Notes under the pieces: model-generated
Told to the model about the DNA's origin: nothing
Databases searched by the model: none
Seen by the model: the letters and a program-made list of their open reading frames with translations, nothing else
Translations under genes and position numbers: made by a program
DNA from: Macrostomum hystrix
Taxonomy: Eukaryota > Animalia > Platyhelminthes
DNA: 64,000 nucleotides
Direction of reading: 5' to 3'
NCBI GenBank assembly: GCA_950097015.1
Contig: CATNEN010000002.1
Location: 310,001-374,000 of the forward strand
In this document: positions 19,355 to 35,100 of the stretch, piece by piece
How the letters are laid out: each line of letters begins with the position of its first letter
Position numbering within the stretch: position 1 is the first letter of the stretch

Positions 19355-21766
19355 TATAGAGAATTAAGAATTGAGGATCGAACAGCCTTAATGCAGTTTT
19401 CTAGTCAAATATAGTAGTGCTGCGATAGGAGTTTTAGTTTCCTTTCAATGAAATTTTTTATTGCATCACTGTTTTATATAATATATTTTAAGCAAGAATT
19501 TTTACATTACTTTTTTAATTCAGTAAAATTGAATTAGATTTAAAACACCATTATAGTTTCTCGAAACAGAGCATTTGACGGGTTAGTTACTATTTGTTTA
19601 AGTGCTCAAAAGACAACTTAACATAAATTTCCGTCTGTTAAGTGAGTTTACACTTTCTTGATATGTATATCTAACGAACTGAATAAAGTATAGCTTGCAA
19701 TAATTATTGACTTACTTTATTCCAAGCCCTTCTGCGATAGCCGGACATTGGGATTTTGCAGCAACAAATACAAGTTGTTTCATATATTTAACAACAGTTC
19801 ATAAAAGCGCGTAAAAATAGCTGGAATTATTACAAAATACACCGAGCTCTGCACGATTGCTACTTTAATGAACTTGCAGAAAATTATCAACCGTATATTG
19901 TGTTGACTGGTTGAAGTCATTAGATTGCATTCATGGCTTACATTGCTGAAAGTCATGTGTTGCTGGAAGTCAATTTAAGTCGCAGCATGGCAGTTAAATT
20001 GCCTGGCAATCATGGCATGGCAGTGGCAGTCAAATGTATCAGTCAAATTGCATGGCATTCAAATGTCGAAAGTCTAATTTCGTGCTCCCTTAAACTTTCT
20101 TTGATGGACCACAAGGAGGATAATAATGGCCTAAACTATAATTTACGTCTATTAGAAAATGCCTATAGGTATACTTAAGCTAGGTAGCTACGCCGAAAAA
20201 GTCACTAACATTAGGATATAGAAAATTTTCGTTATTTTTACAAATAAATGGTGATCATTTTAGGATCTGTAGATCCAAATATCTTCTGTTGATTTATATT
20301 TTTCTGAAATTCTGAAATTAAATCCTGCAAGTTTTAAAAGTTTAACAATAAATTATAATATTTCATTGCATTTTTTTGCATTGCACTGCATTTCACCTGA
20401 CAGACATACGAGTGAGACAAACAGCTAGTGCAGTTGTCTTAATCCGTTAAACCTGTGTATTTTGTGTATTTAGTTGGACGCGTGAATTGATTAATGCGAT
20501 GGACTATAATTGGTTTGTGCATATAATTCGAACTATAATTGCATATATGGTCACTTAAACTGCGCGCATGTGTGGCAACAAAGTAAGTTTCCCTGGGCTT
20601 GAAATGCAGAATTCAAAAAAATTATCGGACTAAAGTTTCATGCGATGCTCAAATTTCAGTGTAGGACCATTAGGAAAATCGCCGATACTTCTTAGGGTAT
20701 CGGAATCAGAATGTCGCTCCATGTTTCTACCTTTTTATACATCGATGCCCACACTGCTATTATTGCACAGTTCGCTGCGTTGATAAAACCCAGGATTGCT
20801 TGACTTGGTGCTCCAAACTTAAAGTAGAAGGGCCCCAAACACCTTGAGGCATCCTCTGTGGTATAGTCGGGGAAAACTTAGATGACTTACAATGATGACT
20901 ACAGATATGACTTATGGGTTGGCTTTTCAGGGTAAATTTTGCTGGATTAATATAGCTGTCGATTGACCACGCATCACGCGCGTGAACAGTGCAAGCCAGA
21001 CACAGCTTACCCAGCGCCTTGACCCTGGGCGCGGATTTACAACCGAGCCCTGCCGCGCTCTGATTGGCATGACATCGTGCAGTGAGCTAGGCGGAGGTGG
21101 GGTGGGTACCAGTAAACAATACAATTCTATCAATATGTAATTAATATTTTGTAAGCATCCGCATCTTTTATTGCGTAGTCTAATGGAAAACAACATCTGC
21201 AGGTTCATTTTAACAGAGGAAATTTACCACGGAGAGTATTTTAAATACCCAAATCGTTATTTTTTCTGTATCTCCTAAAATATTCATCCGATCGCCATGT
21301 AAAACACAGAACACGCGCTAGAATTTTTGCTCTATACGATGAAATTGTTTCGAGAATCAAATACATCTGCATCGTCGAGGCATTCATCGATTATCGTCGT
21401 GGTGTCAAATGGCAAAACTCACCAATAAACATAATTTTCTACGCACAAAATATCTACATAAAGCCATCTCGGCGTCCCAGTCACCAGGATCCCTTTCATT
21501 ACCGTCTGGAGCAACGGCGGCAACCATCGCGACTATCAATAAATCGGCATCGATCGGCATCTCAAAGACGGCTGCTTTATCACCAGACGGTGATTAAGGG
21601 GATCATGGTGACTGGGATTCTAAGAAAGGGAGGCCCCTCTATCAGTTGGACTCAGATCGAGTTTTAATTAAGGCAGTGGGTATCTGAAATATCTCTGTGG
21701 TGTTTCCCCAGGGAGAAAAATAGCGTGTTGTTTCTACTGTTGATCGATGAATAATTAGTCAATCAA

Positions 21767-22308
21767 TCAATCAGTCGCTGCATCGACGCATCGCAGTCTT
21801 CGCCAAGTCCTGGCAGCGAGCTGGCGCAGTCGTCGTCGCCAATCGCGAGTCGACCATGCAGTCCCAGTAGGCCAATTGGCCATCTGAGTGATGCAATGCT
21901 CCATCATTGAATCCTCCGCAGTTGACGTGGATGTTGTAGTGTTAGTGGATCTGCGGCTGACCTCCTTGGCCGTGTCTGATAGGGCGGACATTGCGCGAAA
22001 GTCCAGCTGAACATAGTCCAGTGCCGGGGCTGGCAACGAGATTCGAGCTCTGTCATACTGCAGTTGGGCATAGTGCACAACAGCTGGGGCATTGTTTCTC
22101 GCGCACCGCTCGCTCTGCACTAATAGCGAGCTCAACGGTGAGCCGAGGTATGCATAGTTCAAGCTGGGGTCTGTCATCTCGTCTGGCGCCAGCAGGTTGG
22201 CGTAGGGTCTGTGCTCTTCTAGCCCGGCGGACCAACTCTGCATGGATACTGCTGGGATGTTGGCGTACTGCTGCCTCGCCACCGTACGCAGCTGGGGCTT
22301 GCAATTCG
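21767..22308 (-). CDS. Putative terminal exon of a phosphotyrosine-motif adaptor/receptor-tail protein
   Basis: Strong acceptor ccaacccttttccag (AG at 22310-22309), phase 1, GC-rich open frame to the stop at 21767. Motifs YANI, YANL, LNYAYL, VHYAQL, LDYVQLDF. Confidence 0.6.
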
Positions 22309-22389
22309 CTGGAAAAGGGTTGGTTCGCGATTAGTACTCGTACCATAGACTATTTCGAGTGTCAGGTAACTAGGTTTAGTCTGAGTTTG

Positions 22390-22730
22390 GTGTCAGAAAG
22401 CTGTAAGATTTAGGATAGGCAGTGGGGTGTCAGGAAGGCTGTGGGGTGTCAGGAAGGTTTTAAGTGTCAGGAAGGTTTTAAGTGTCAGGAAGGTTTTAGG
22501 TGTCAGGAAGGCTGTGGGGTGTCAGGAAGGTTTTAGGTGTCAGGAAGGCTGTGGGGTGTCAGGAAGGTTTGAGGTGTCAGGAAGGTTTGAGGTGTCAGGA
22601 AGGCTGTGGGGTGTCAGGAAGGTTTTAGGTGTCAGGAAGGTTTGAGATGTCAGGAAGGTTTTAGGTGTCAGGAAGGCTGTGGTGTGTCAGAAAGGCTGTG
22701 AGGTGTCATGAAGGCTGTGGGGTGTCAGAA
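22390..22730. repeat. 18-19-bp minisatellite
   Basis: Units GGTGTCAGGAAGGCTGTGG and GGTGTCAGGAAGGTTTTA. Confidence 0.9.
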
Positions 22731-23193
22731 ATGGAGTCTTTATGGCTTCTAGAATATTTCTCGGGAAAATGTGAGATGATGACTTGGCCAAAGTAAATTT
22801 AAGCTTTCGTCCTGTGTTTTCTTTCGGTTGAATGAAAGATGCTTAGATTATTGGAGAATTTTACACATATAAGGATTCTTTTATCGACGCAATGTTACTC
22901 TTTAAAATTTTATATTTACTCCAAGATAGGAAAATTTGCGTTCTGGTGTGCAAGAAGACTGTAAAAGGTCTAGTAGGCTAATGATTTCCCAGAACAAAAA
23001 TGAAAATCACATTATTGAGTGAACTGCAAAATGGTATCACGTGTTTGTGAAATCTGACGTTTGTTTGAGCTTTATGGGCTACGATATCAGGCAAGGTTGT
23101 GATGCATTAGTTAAGGTACTTCGTAATAAATGATTAAATTGCTGCATATAAGTCACCCTGTTGAAAAGTCTGAATTAACTGTAGCACTCTATG

Positions 23194-26100
23194 ATCACCT
23201 GTTTGACACTAGAATCACCTGTTTGACACTAGAATCACCTGTTAGACACTAGAAACACCTGTTTGACACTAGAAACACCTGTTTGACACTAGAATCACCT
23301 GTTTGACACTAGAATCACCTGTTAGACATTGGAATCACATGTTAGACACTGCATGGAATCACCTGTTTGACACTAGAAACACCTGTTTGACACTAGAATC
23401 ACCTGTTTGACACTAGAAACACCTGTTTGACACTAGAATCACCTGTTAGACACTAGAATCACCTGTTAGACACTAGAATCACCTGTTAGACACTAGAATC
23501 GCCTGTTAGACATTGGAATCACCTGTTTGACACTAGAAACACCTGTTAGACACTATAATCACCTGTTAGACACTAGAATCGCCTGTTAGACATTGGAATC
23601 ACCTGTTTGACACTAGAAACACCTGTTAGACACTAGAATCACATGTTAGACACTAGAATCGCCTGTTAGACATTGGAATCACCTGTTTGACACTAGAAAC
23701 ACCTGTTAGACACTAGAATCACCTGTTAGACACTAGAATCGCCTGTTAGACATTGGAATCACATGTTAGACACTAGAATCAGTTGTTCGACATTGGATTC
23801 AGTTGTTAGACATTGGATTCAGTTGTTAGACATTGGAATCAGTTGTTAGACATTGGATTCAGTTGTTAGACACTAGAATCACATGTTAGACACTGCATGG
23901 AATCACCTGTTTGACACTAGAATCAGTTGTTAGACATTGGAATCAGTTGTTAGACATTGGATTCAGTTGTTAGACATTGGAATCAGTTGTTAGACATTGG
24001 ATTCAGTTGTTAGACATTAGAATCAGTTGTTAGACATTGGATTCAGTTGTTAGACATTGGAATCAGTTGTTAGACATTGGAATCAGTTGTTAGACATTGG
24101 ATTCAGTTGTTAGACATTGGATTCAGTTGTTAGACATTGGATTCAGTTGTTAGACATTGGAATCAGTTGTTAGACATTGGAATCAGTTGTTAGACATTGG
24201 ATTCAGTTGTTAGACACTAGAATCACATGTTAGACACTGCATGGAATCACCTGTTTGACACTAGAATCAGTTGTTCGACATTGGATTCAGTTGTTAGACA
24301 TTGGATTCAGTTGTTAGACATTGGATTCAGTTGTTAGACATTGGATTCAGTTGTTAGACATTGGATTCAGTTGTTAGACATTGGATTCAGTTGCTCGACA
24401 TTGGATTCAGTTGTTAGACATTGGATTCAGTTGTTAGACATTGGAATCAGTTGTTAGACATTGGAATCAGTTGTTAGACATTGGAATCAGTTGTTAGACA
24501 TTAGAATCAGTTGTTAGACATTGGATTCAGTTGTTAGACATTAGAATCAGTTGTTAGACATTGGATTCAGTTGTTAGACATTGGAATCAGTTGTTAGACA
24601 TTTGATTCAGTTGTTAGACATTGGAATCAGTTGTTAGACATTGGAATCAGTTGTTAGACATTGGAATCAGTTGTTAGACATTGGAATCAGTTGTTAGACA
24701 TTGGGTTCAGTTGTTAGACATTGGATTCAGTTGTTAGACATTGGAATCAGTTGTTAGACATTGGAATCAGTTGTTAGACATTGGAATCAGTTGTTAGACA
24801 TTGGAATCAGTTGTTAGACATTGGATTCAGTTGTTAGACACTAGAATCACATGTTAGACACTGCATGGAATCACCTGTTTGACACTAGAATCAGTTGTTC
24901 GACATTGGATTCAGTTGTTAGACATTGGATTCAGTTGTTAGACATTGGAATCAGTTGTTAGACATTGGAATCAGTTGTTAGACATTGGAATCAGTTGTTA
25001 GACATTAGAATCAGTTGTTAGACATTGGATTCAGTTGTTAGACATTAGAATCAGTTGTTAGACATTGGATTCAGTTGTTAGACATTGGATTCAGTTGTTA
25101 GACATTGGATTCAGTTGTTAGACATTGGAATCAGTTGTTAGACATTGGAATCAGTTGTTAGACATTGGAATCAGTTGTTAGACATTGGAATCAGTTGTTA
25201 GACATTGGATTCAGTTGTTAGACATTGGATTCAGTTGTTAGACATTGGAATCAGTTGTTAGACATTGGAATCAGTTGTTAGACATTGGAATCAGTTGTTA
25301 GACATTGGAATCAGTTGTTAGACATTGGATTCAGTTGTTAGACACTAGAATCACATGTTAGACATTGGATTCAGTTGTTAGACATTGGAATCAGTTGTTA
25401 GACATTGGAATCAGTTGTTAGACATTGGAATCAGTTGTTAGACATTAGAATCAGTTGTTAGACATTGGATTCAGTTGTTAGACATTAGAATCAGTTGTTA
25501 GACATTGGATTCAGTTGTTAGACATTGGAATCAGTTGTTAGACATTGGATTCAGTTGTTAGACATTGGAATCAGTTGTTAGACATTGGAATCAGTTGTTA
25601 GACATTGGAATCAGTTGTTAGACATTGGAATCAGTTGTTAGACATTGGATTCAGTTGTTAGACATTGGATTCAGTTGTTAGACATTGGAATCAGTTGTTA
25701 GACATTGGAATCAGTTGTTAGACATTGGAATCAGTTGTTAGACATTGGAATCAGTTGTTAGACATTGGATTCAGTTGTTAGACACTAGAATCACATGTTA
25801 GACACTGCATGGAATCACCTGTTTGACACTAGAATCAGTTGTTCGACATTGGATTCAGTTGTTAGACATTGGAATCACCTGTTTGACACTAGAATCAGTT
25901 GTTCGACATTGGATTCAGTTGTTAGACATTGGATTCAGTTGTTAGACATTGGATTCAGTTGTTAGACATTGGATTCAGTTGTTAGACATTGGATTCAGTT
26001 GTTAGACATTGGATTCAGTTGTTCGACATTGGATTCAGTTGTTAGACATTGGATTCAGTTGTTAGACATTGGAATCAGTTGTTAGACATTGGAATCAGTT

Positions 26101-29100
26101 GTTAGACATTGGAATCAGTTGTTAGACATTAGAATCAGTTGTTAGACATTGGATTCAGTTGTTAGACATTAGAATCAGTTGTTAGACATTGGATTCAGTT
26201 GTTAGACATTGGAATCAGTTGTTAGACATTGGATTCAGTTGTTAGACATTGGAATCAGTTGTTAGACATTGGAATCAGTTGTTAGACATTGGAATCAGTT
26301 GTTAGACATTGGAATCAGTTGTTAGACATTGGGTTCAGTTGTTAGACATTGGATTCAGTTGTTAGACATTGGAATCAGTTGTTAGACATTGGAATCAGTT
26401 GTTAGACATTGGAATCAGTTGTTAGACATTGGAATCAGTTGTTAGACATTGGATTCAGTTGTTAGACACTAGAATCACATGTTAGACACTGCATGGAATC
26501 ACCTGTTTGACACTAGAATCAGTTGTTAGACATTGGAATCAGTTGTTAGACATTGGATTCAGTTGTTAGACATTGGAATCAGTTGTTAGACATTGGATTC
26601 AGTTGTTAGACATTAGAATCAGTTGTTAGACATTGGATTCAGTTGTTAGACATTGGAATCAGTTGTTAGACATTGGAATCAGTTGTTAGACATTGGATTC
26701 AGTTGTTAGACATTGGATTCAGTTGTTAGACATTGGATTCAGTTGTTAGACATTGGAATCAGTTGTTAGACATTGGAATCAGTTGTTAGACATTGGATTC
26801 AGTTGTTAGACACTAGAATCACATGTTAGACACTGCATGGAATCACCTGTTTGACACTAGAATCAGTTGTTCTACATTGGATTCAGTTGTTAGACATTGG
26901 ATTCAGTTGTTAGACATTGGATTCAGTTGTTAGACATTGGATTCAGTTGTTAGACATTGGATTCAGTTGTTAGACATTGGATTCAGTTGTTCGACATTGG
27001 ATTCAGTTGTTAGACATTGGATTCAGTTGTTAGACATTGGAATCAGTTGTTAGACATTGGAATCAGTTGTTAGACATTCGAATCAGTTGTTAGACATTAG
27101 AATCAGTTGTTAGACATTGGATTCAGTTGTTAGACATTAGAATCAGTTGTTAGACATTGGATTCAGTTGTTAGACATTGGAATCAGTTGTTAGACATTTG
27201 ATTCAGTTGTTAGACATTGGAATCAGTTGTTAGACATTGGAATCAGTTGTTAGACATTGGAATCAGTTGTTAGACATTGGAATCAGTTGTTAGACATTGG
27301 GTTCAGTTGTTAGACATTGGATTCAGTTGTTAGACATTGGAATCAGTTGTTAGACATTGGAATCAGTTGTTAGACATTGGAATCAGTTGTTAGACATTGG
27401 AATCAGTTGTTAGACATTGGATTCAGTTGTTAGACACTAGAATCACATGTTAGACACTGCATGGAATCACCTGTTTGACACTAGAATCAGTTGTTCGACA
27501 TTGGATTCAGTTGTTAGACATTGGATTCAGTTGTTAGACATTGGAATCAGTTGTTAGACATTGGAATCAGTTGTTAGACATTGGAATCAGTTGTTAGACA
27601 TTAGAATCAGTTGTTAGACATTGGATTCAGTTGTTAGACATTAGAATCAGTTGTTAGACATTGGATTCAGTTGTTAGACATTGGAATCAGTTGTTAGACA
27701 TTGGATTCAGTTGTTAGACATTGGAATCAGTTGTTAGACATTGGAATCAGTTGTTAGACATTGGAATCAGTTGTTAGACATTGGAATCAGTTGTTAGACA
27801 TTGGATTCAGTTGTTAGACATTGGATTCAGTTGTTAGACATTGGAATCAGTTGTTAGACATTGGAATCAGTTGTTAGACATTGGAATCAGTTGTTAGACA
27901 TTGGAATCAGTTGTTAGACATTGGATTCAGTTGTTAGACACTAGAATCACATGTTAGACATTGGATTCAGTTGTTAGACATTGGAATCAGTTGTTAGACA
28001 TTGGAATCAGTTGTTAGACATTGGAATCAGTTGTTAGACATTAGAATCAGTTGTTAGACATTGGATTCAGTTGTTAGACATTAGAATCAGTTGTTAGACA
28101 TTGGATTCAGTTGTTAGACATTGGAATCAGTTGTTAGACATTGGATTCAGTTGTTAGACATTGGAATCAGTTGTTAGACATTGGAATCAGTTGTTAGACA
28201 TTGGAATCAGTTGTTAGACATTGGAATCAGTTGTTAGACATTGGATTCAGTTGTTAGACATTGGATTCAGTTGTTAGACATTGGAATCAGTTGTTAGACA
28301 TTGGAATCAGTTGTTAGACATTGGAATCAGTTGTTAGACATTGGAATCAGTTGTTAGACATTGGATTCAGTTGTTAGACACTAGAATCACATGTTAGACA
28401 CTGCATGGAATCACCTGTTTGACACTAGAATCAGTTGTTCGACATTGGATTCAGTTGTTAGACATTGGAATCACCTGTTTGACACTAGAATCAGTTGTTC
28501 GACATTGGATTCAGTTGTTAGACATTGGATTCAGTTGTTAGACATTGGATTCAGTTGTTAGACATTGGATTCAGTTGTTAGACATTGGATTCAGTTGTTA
28601 GACATTGGATTCAGTTGTTCGACATTGGATTCAGTTGTTAGACATTGGATTCAGTTGTTAGACATTGGAATCAGTTGTTAGACATTGGAATCAGTTGTTA
28701 GACATTGGAATCAGTTGTTAGACATTGGAATCAGTTGTTAGACATTGGATTCAGTTGTTAGACATTAGAATCAGTTGTTAGACATTGGATTCAGTTGTTA
28801 GACATTGGAATCAGTTGTTAGACATTGGATTCAGTTGTTAGACATTGGAATCAGTTGTTAGACATTGGAATCAGTTGTTAGACATTGGAATCAGTTGTTA
28901 GACATTGGAATCAGTTGTTAGACATTGGGTTCAGTTGTTAGACATTGGATTCAGTTGTTAGACATTGGAATCAGTTGTTAGACATTGGAATCAGTTGTTA
29001 GACATTGGAATCAGTTGTTAGACATTGGAATCAGTTGTTAGACATTGGATTCAGTTGTTAGACACTAGAATCACATGTTAGACACTGCATGGAATCACCT

Positions 29101-32100
29101 GTTTGACACTAGAATCAGTTGTTCGACATTGGATTCAGTTGTTAGACATTGGATTCAGTTGTTAGACATTGGAATCAGTTGTTAGACATTGGAATCAGTT
29201 GTTAGACATTGGAATCAGTTGTTAGACATTAGAATCAGTTGTTAGACATTGGATTCAGTTGTTAGACATTAGAATCAGTTGTTAGACATTGGATTCAGTT
29301 GTTAGACATTGGAATCAGTTGTTAGACATTGGATTCAGTTGTTAGACATTGGAATCAGTTGTTAGACATTGGAATCAGTTGTTAGACATTGGAATCAGTT
29401 GTTAGACATTGGAATCAGTTGTTAGACATTGGATTCAGTTGTTAGACATTGGATTCAGTTGTTAGACATTGGAATCAGTTGTTAGACATTGGAATCAGTT
29501 GTTAGACATTGGAATCAGTTGTTAGACATTGGAATCAGTTGTTAGACATTGGATTCAGTTGTTAGACACTAGAATCACATGTTAGACATTGGATTCAGTT
29601 GTTAGACATTGGAATCAGTTGTTAGACATTGGAATCAGTTGTTAGACATTGTAATCAGTTGTTAGACATTAGAATCAGTTGTTAGACATTGGATTCAGTT
29701 GTTAGACATTAGAATCAGTTGTTAGACATTGGATTCAGTTGTTAGACATTGGAATCAGTTGTTAGACATTGGATTCAGTTGTTAGACTTTGGAATCAGTT
29801 GTTAGACATTGGAATCAGTTGTTAGACATTGGAATCAGTTGTTAGACATTGGAATCAGTTGTTAGACATTGGATTCAGTTGTTAGACATTGGATTCAGTT
29901 GTTAGACATTGGAATCAGTTGTTAGACATTGGAATCAGTTGTTAGACATTGGAATCAGTTGTTAGACATTGGAATCAGTTGTTAGACATTGGATTCAGTT
30001 GTTAGACATTGGAATCAGTTGTTAGACATTGGAATCAGTTGTTAGACATTGGAATCAGTTGTTAGACATTAGAATCAGTTGTTAGACATTGGATTCAGTT
30101 GTTAGACATTGGAATCAGTTGTTAGACATTGGATTCAGTTGTTAGACATTGGAATCAGTTGTTAGACATTGGAATCAGTTGTTAGACATTGGAATCAGTT
30201 GTTAGACATTGGAATCAGTTGTTAGACATTGGATTCAGTTGTTAGACATTGGATTCAGTTGTTAGACATTGGAATCAGTTGTTAGACATTGGAATCAGTT
30301 GTTAGACATTGGAATCAGTTGTTAGACATTGGAATCAGTTGTTAGACATTGGATTCAGTTGTTAGACACTAGAATCACATGTTAGACATTGGATTCAGTT
30401 GTTAGACATTGGAATCAGTTGTTAGACATTGGATTCAGTTGTTAGACATTGGAATCAGTTGTTAGACATTAGAATCAGTTGTTAGACATTGGATTCAGTT
30501 GTTAGACATTAGAATCAGTTGTTAGACATTGGATTCAGTTGTTAGACATTGGAATCAGTTGTTAGACATTGGATTCAGTTGTTAGACATTGGAATCAGTT
30601 GTTAGACATTGGAATCAGTTGTTAGACATTGGAATCAGTTGTTAGACATTGGAATCAGTTGTTAGACATTGGATTCAGTTGTTAGACATTGGATTCAGTT
30701 GTTAGACATTGGAATCAGTTGTTAGACATTGGAATCAGTTGTTAGACATTGGAATCAGTTGTTAGACATTGGAATCAGTTGTTAGACATTGGATTCAGTT
30801 GTTAGACACTAGAATCACATGTTAGACACTGCATGGAATCACCTGTTTGACACTAGAATCAGTTGTTCGACATTGGATTCAGTTGTTAGACATTGGAATC
30901 AGTTGTTAGACATTGGAATCAGTTGTTAGACATTGGAATCAGTTGTTAGACATTGGAATCAGTTGTTAGACATTAGAATCAGTTGTTAGACATTGGATTC
31001 AGTTGTTAGACATTAGAATCAGTTGTTAGACATTGGATTCAGTTGTTAGACATTAGAATCAGTTGTTAGACATTGGATTCAGTTGTTAGACATTGGAATC
31101 AGTTGTTAGACATTGGAATCAGTTGTTAGACATTGGAATCAGTTGTTAGACATTGGATTCAGTTGTTAGACATTGGATTCAGTTGTTAGACATTGGAATC
31201 AGTTGTTAGACATTGGAATCAGTTGTTAGACATTGGAATCAGTTGTTAGACATTGGAATCAGTTGTTAGACATTGGATTCAGTTGTTAGACACTAGAATC
31301 ACATGTTAGACACTGCATGGAATCACCTGTTTGACACTAGAATCAGTTGTTCGACATTGGATTCAGTTGTTAGACATTGGATTCAGTTGTTAGACATTGG
31401 AATCAGTTGTTAGACATTGGAATCAGTTGTTAGACATTGGAATCAGTTGTTAGACATTAGAATCAGTTGTTAGACATTGGATTCAGTTGTTAGACATTAG
31501 AATCAGTTGTTAGACATTGGATTCAGTTGTTAGACATTGGAATCAGTTGTTAGACATTGGAATCAGTTGTTAGACATTGGAATCAGTTGTTAGACATTGG
31601 ATTCAGTTGTTAGACATTGGATTCAGTTGTTAGACATTGGATTCAGTTGTTAGACATTGGAATCAGTTGTTAGACATTGGAATCAGTTGTTAGACATTGG
31701 AATCAGTTGTTAGACATTGGAATCAGTTGTTAGACATTGGATTCAGTTGTTAGACATTGGATTCAGTTGTTAGACATTGGAATCAGTTGTTAGACATTGG
31801 AATCAGTTGTTAGACATTAGAATCAGTTGTTAGACATTGGATTCAGTTGTTAGACATTGGAATCAGTTGTTAGACATTGGAATCAGTTGTTAGACATTGG
31901 AATCAGTTGTTAGACATTGGAATCAGTTGTTAGACATTGGATTCAGTTGTTAGACATTGGATTCAGTTGTTAGACATTGGATTCAGTTGTTAGACATTGG
32001 ATTCAGTTGTTAGACATTGGATTCAGTTGTTAGACATTGGAATCAGTTGTTAGACATTGGAATCAGTTGTTAGACATTGGATTCAGTTGTTAGACATTGG

Positions 32101-35100
32101 ATTCAGTTGTTAGACATTGGAATCAGTTGTTAGACATTGGATTCAGTTGTTAGACATTAGAATCAGTTGTTAGACATTGGATTCAGTTGTTAGACATTGG
32201 AATCAGTTGTTAGACATTGGAATCAGTTGTTAGACATTGGAATCAGTTGTTAGACATTAGAATCAGTTGTTAGACATTGGATTCAGTTGTTAGACATTGG
32301 ATTCAGTTGTTAGACATTGGAATCAGTTGTTAGACATTGGATTCAGTTGTTAGACACTAGAATCACATGTTAGACACTGCATGGAATCACCTGTTTGACA
32401 CTAGAATCAGTTGTTCGACATTGGATTCAGTTGTTAGACATTGGATTCAGTTGTTAGACATTGGAATCAGTTGTTAGACATTGGATTCAGTTGTTAGACA
32501 TTAGAATCAGTTGTTAGACATTGGATTCAGTTGTTAGACATTGGAATCAGTTGTTAGACATTGGAATCAGTTGTTAGACATTGGAATCAGTTGTTAGACA
32601 TTGGAATCAGTTGTTAGACATTGGATTCAGTTGTTAGACATTGGATTCAGTTGTTAGACATTGGAATCAGTTGTTAGACATTGGAATCAGTTGTTAGACA
32701 TTGGAATCAGTTGTTAGACATTGGAATCAGTTGTTAGACGCGAGAATCAGTTGTTAGACGCGAGAATCAGTTGTTAGACATTGGAATCAGTTGTTAGACA
32801 TTGGAATAAGTTGTTAGACACGGGAATCAGTTGTTAGACACTGGAATCACCTGTTTGACACTAGAATCAGTTGTTAGACATTGGAATCAGTTGTTAGACA
32901 TTGGAATCAGTTGTTAGACATTGGATTCAGTTGTTAGACATTGGATTCAGTTGTTAGACATTGGATTCAGTTGTTAGACATTGGAATCAGTTGTTAGACG
33001 CGAGAATCAGTTGTTAGACATTGGAATCAGTTGTTAGACATTGGAATCAGTTGTTAGACATTGGAATCAGTTGTTAGACATTGGATTCAGTTGTTAGACA
33101 TTGGAATCACCTGTTTGACACTAGAATCAGTTGTTCGACATTGGATTCAGTTGTTAGACATTGGATTCAGTTGTTAGACATTGGATTCAGTTGTTAGACA
33201 TTGGATTCAGTTGTTAGACATTGGAATCAGTTGTTAGACATTAGAATCAGTTGTTAGACATTGGATTCAGTTGTTAGACATTAGAATCAGTTGTTAGACA
33301 TTGGATTCAGTTGTTAGACATTGGAATCAGTTGTTAGACATTGGATTCAGTTGTTAGACATTGGAATCAGTTGTTAGACATTGGAATCAGTTGTTAGACA
33401 TTGGAATCAGTTGTTAGACATTGGAATCAGTTGTTAGACATTGGGTTCAGTTGTTAGACATTGGATTCAGTTGTTAGACATTGGAATCAGTTGTTAGACA
33501 TTGGAATCAGTTGTTAGACATTGGAATCAGTTGTTAGACATTGGAATCAGTTGTTAGACATTGGATTCAGTTGTTAGACACTAGAATCACATGTTAGACA
33601 CTGCATGGAATCACCTGTTTGACACTAGAATCAGTTGTTAGACATTGGAATCAGTTGTTAGACATTGGATTCAGTTGTTAGACATTGGAATCAGTTGTTA
33701 GACATTGGATTCAGTTGTTAGACATTAGAATCAGTTGTTAGACATTGGATTCAGTTGTTAGACATTGGAATCAGTTGTTAGACATTGGAATCAGTTGTTA
33801 GACATTGGATTCAGTTGTTAGACATTGGATTCAGTTGTTAGACATTGGATTCAGTTGTTAGACATTGGAATCAGTTGTTAGACATTGGAATCAGTTGTTA
33901 GACATTGGATTCAGTTGTTAGACACTAGAATCACATGTTAGACACTGCATGGAATCACCTGTTTGACACTAGAATCAGTTGTTCTACATTGGATTCAGTT
34001 GTTAGACATTGGATTCAGTTGTTAGACATTGGATTCAGTTGTTAGACATTGGATTCAGTTGTTAGACATTGGATTCAGTTGTTAGACATTGGATTCAGTT
34101 GTTCGACATTGGATTCAGTTGTTAGACATTGGATTCAGTTGTTAGACATTGGAATCAGTTGTTAGACATTGGAATCAGTTGTTAGACATTCGAATCAGTT
34201 GTTAGACATTAGAATCAGTTGTTAGACATTGGATTCAGTTGTTAGACATTAGAATCAGTTGTTAGACATTGGATTCAGTTGTTAGACATTGGAATCAGTT
34301 GTTAGACATTTGATTCAGTTGTTAGACATTGGAATCAGTTGTTAGACATTGGAATCAGTTGTTAGACATTGGAATCAGTTGTTAGACATTGGAATCAGTT
34401 GTTAGACATTGGGTTCAGTTGTTAGACATTGGATTCAGTTGTTAGACATTGGAATCAGTTGTTAGACATTGGAATCAGTTGTTAGACATTGGAATCAGTT
34501 GTTAGACATTGGAATCAGTTGTTAGACATTGGATTCAGTTGTTAGACACTAGAATCACATGTTAGACACTGCATGGAATCACCTGTTTGACACTAGAATC
34601 AGTTGTTCGACATTGGATTCAGTTGTTAGACATTGGATTCAGTTGTTAGACATTGGAATCAGTTGTTAGACATTGGAATCAGTTGTTAGACATTGGAATC
34701 AGTTGTTAGACATTAGAATCAGTTGTTAGACATTGGATTCAGTTGTTAGACATTAGAATCAGTTGTTAGACATTGGATTCAGTTGTTAGACATTGGAATC
34801 AGTTGTTAGACATTGGATTCAGTTGTTAGACATTGGAATCAGTTGTTAGACATTGGAATCAGTTGTTAGACATTGGAATCAGTTGTTAGACATTGGAATC
34901 AGTTGTTAGACATTGGATTCAGTTGTTAGACATTGGATTCAGTTGTTAGACATTGGAATCAGTTGTTAGACATTGGAATCAGTTGTTAGACATTGGAATC
35001 AGTTGTTAGACATTGGAATCAGTTGTTAGACATTGGATTCAGTTGTTAGACACTAGAATCACATGTTAGACATTGGATTCAGTTGTTAGACATTGGAATC

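Noticed and set aside
21380-21620. GC-balanced island with short ORFs on both strands (e.g. 21409..21597 +)
   Set aside because: It looks coding-like, but I could not build a consistent exon with both splice sites or recognise a product.
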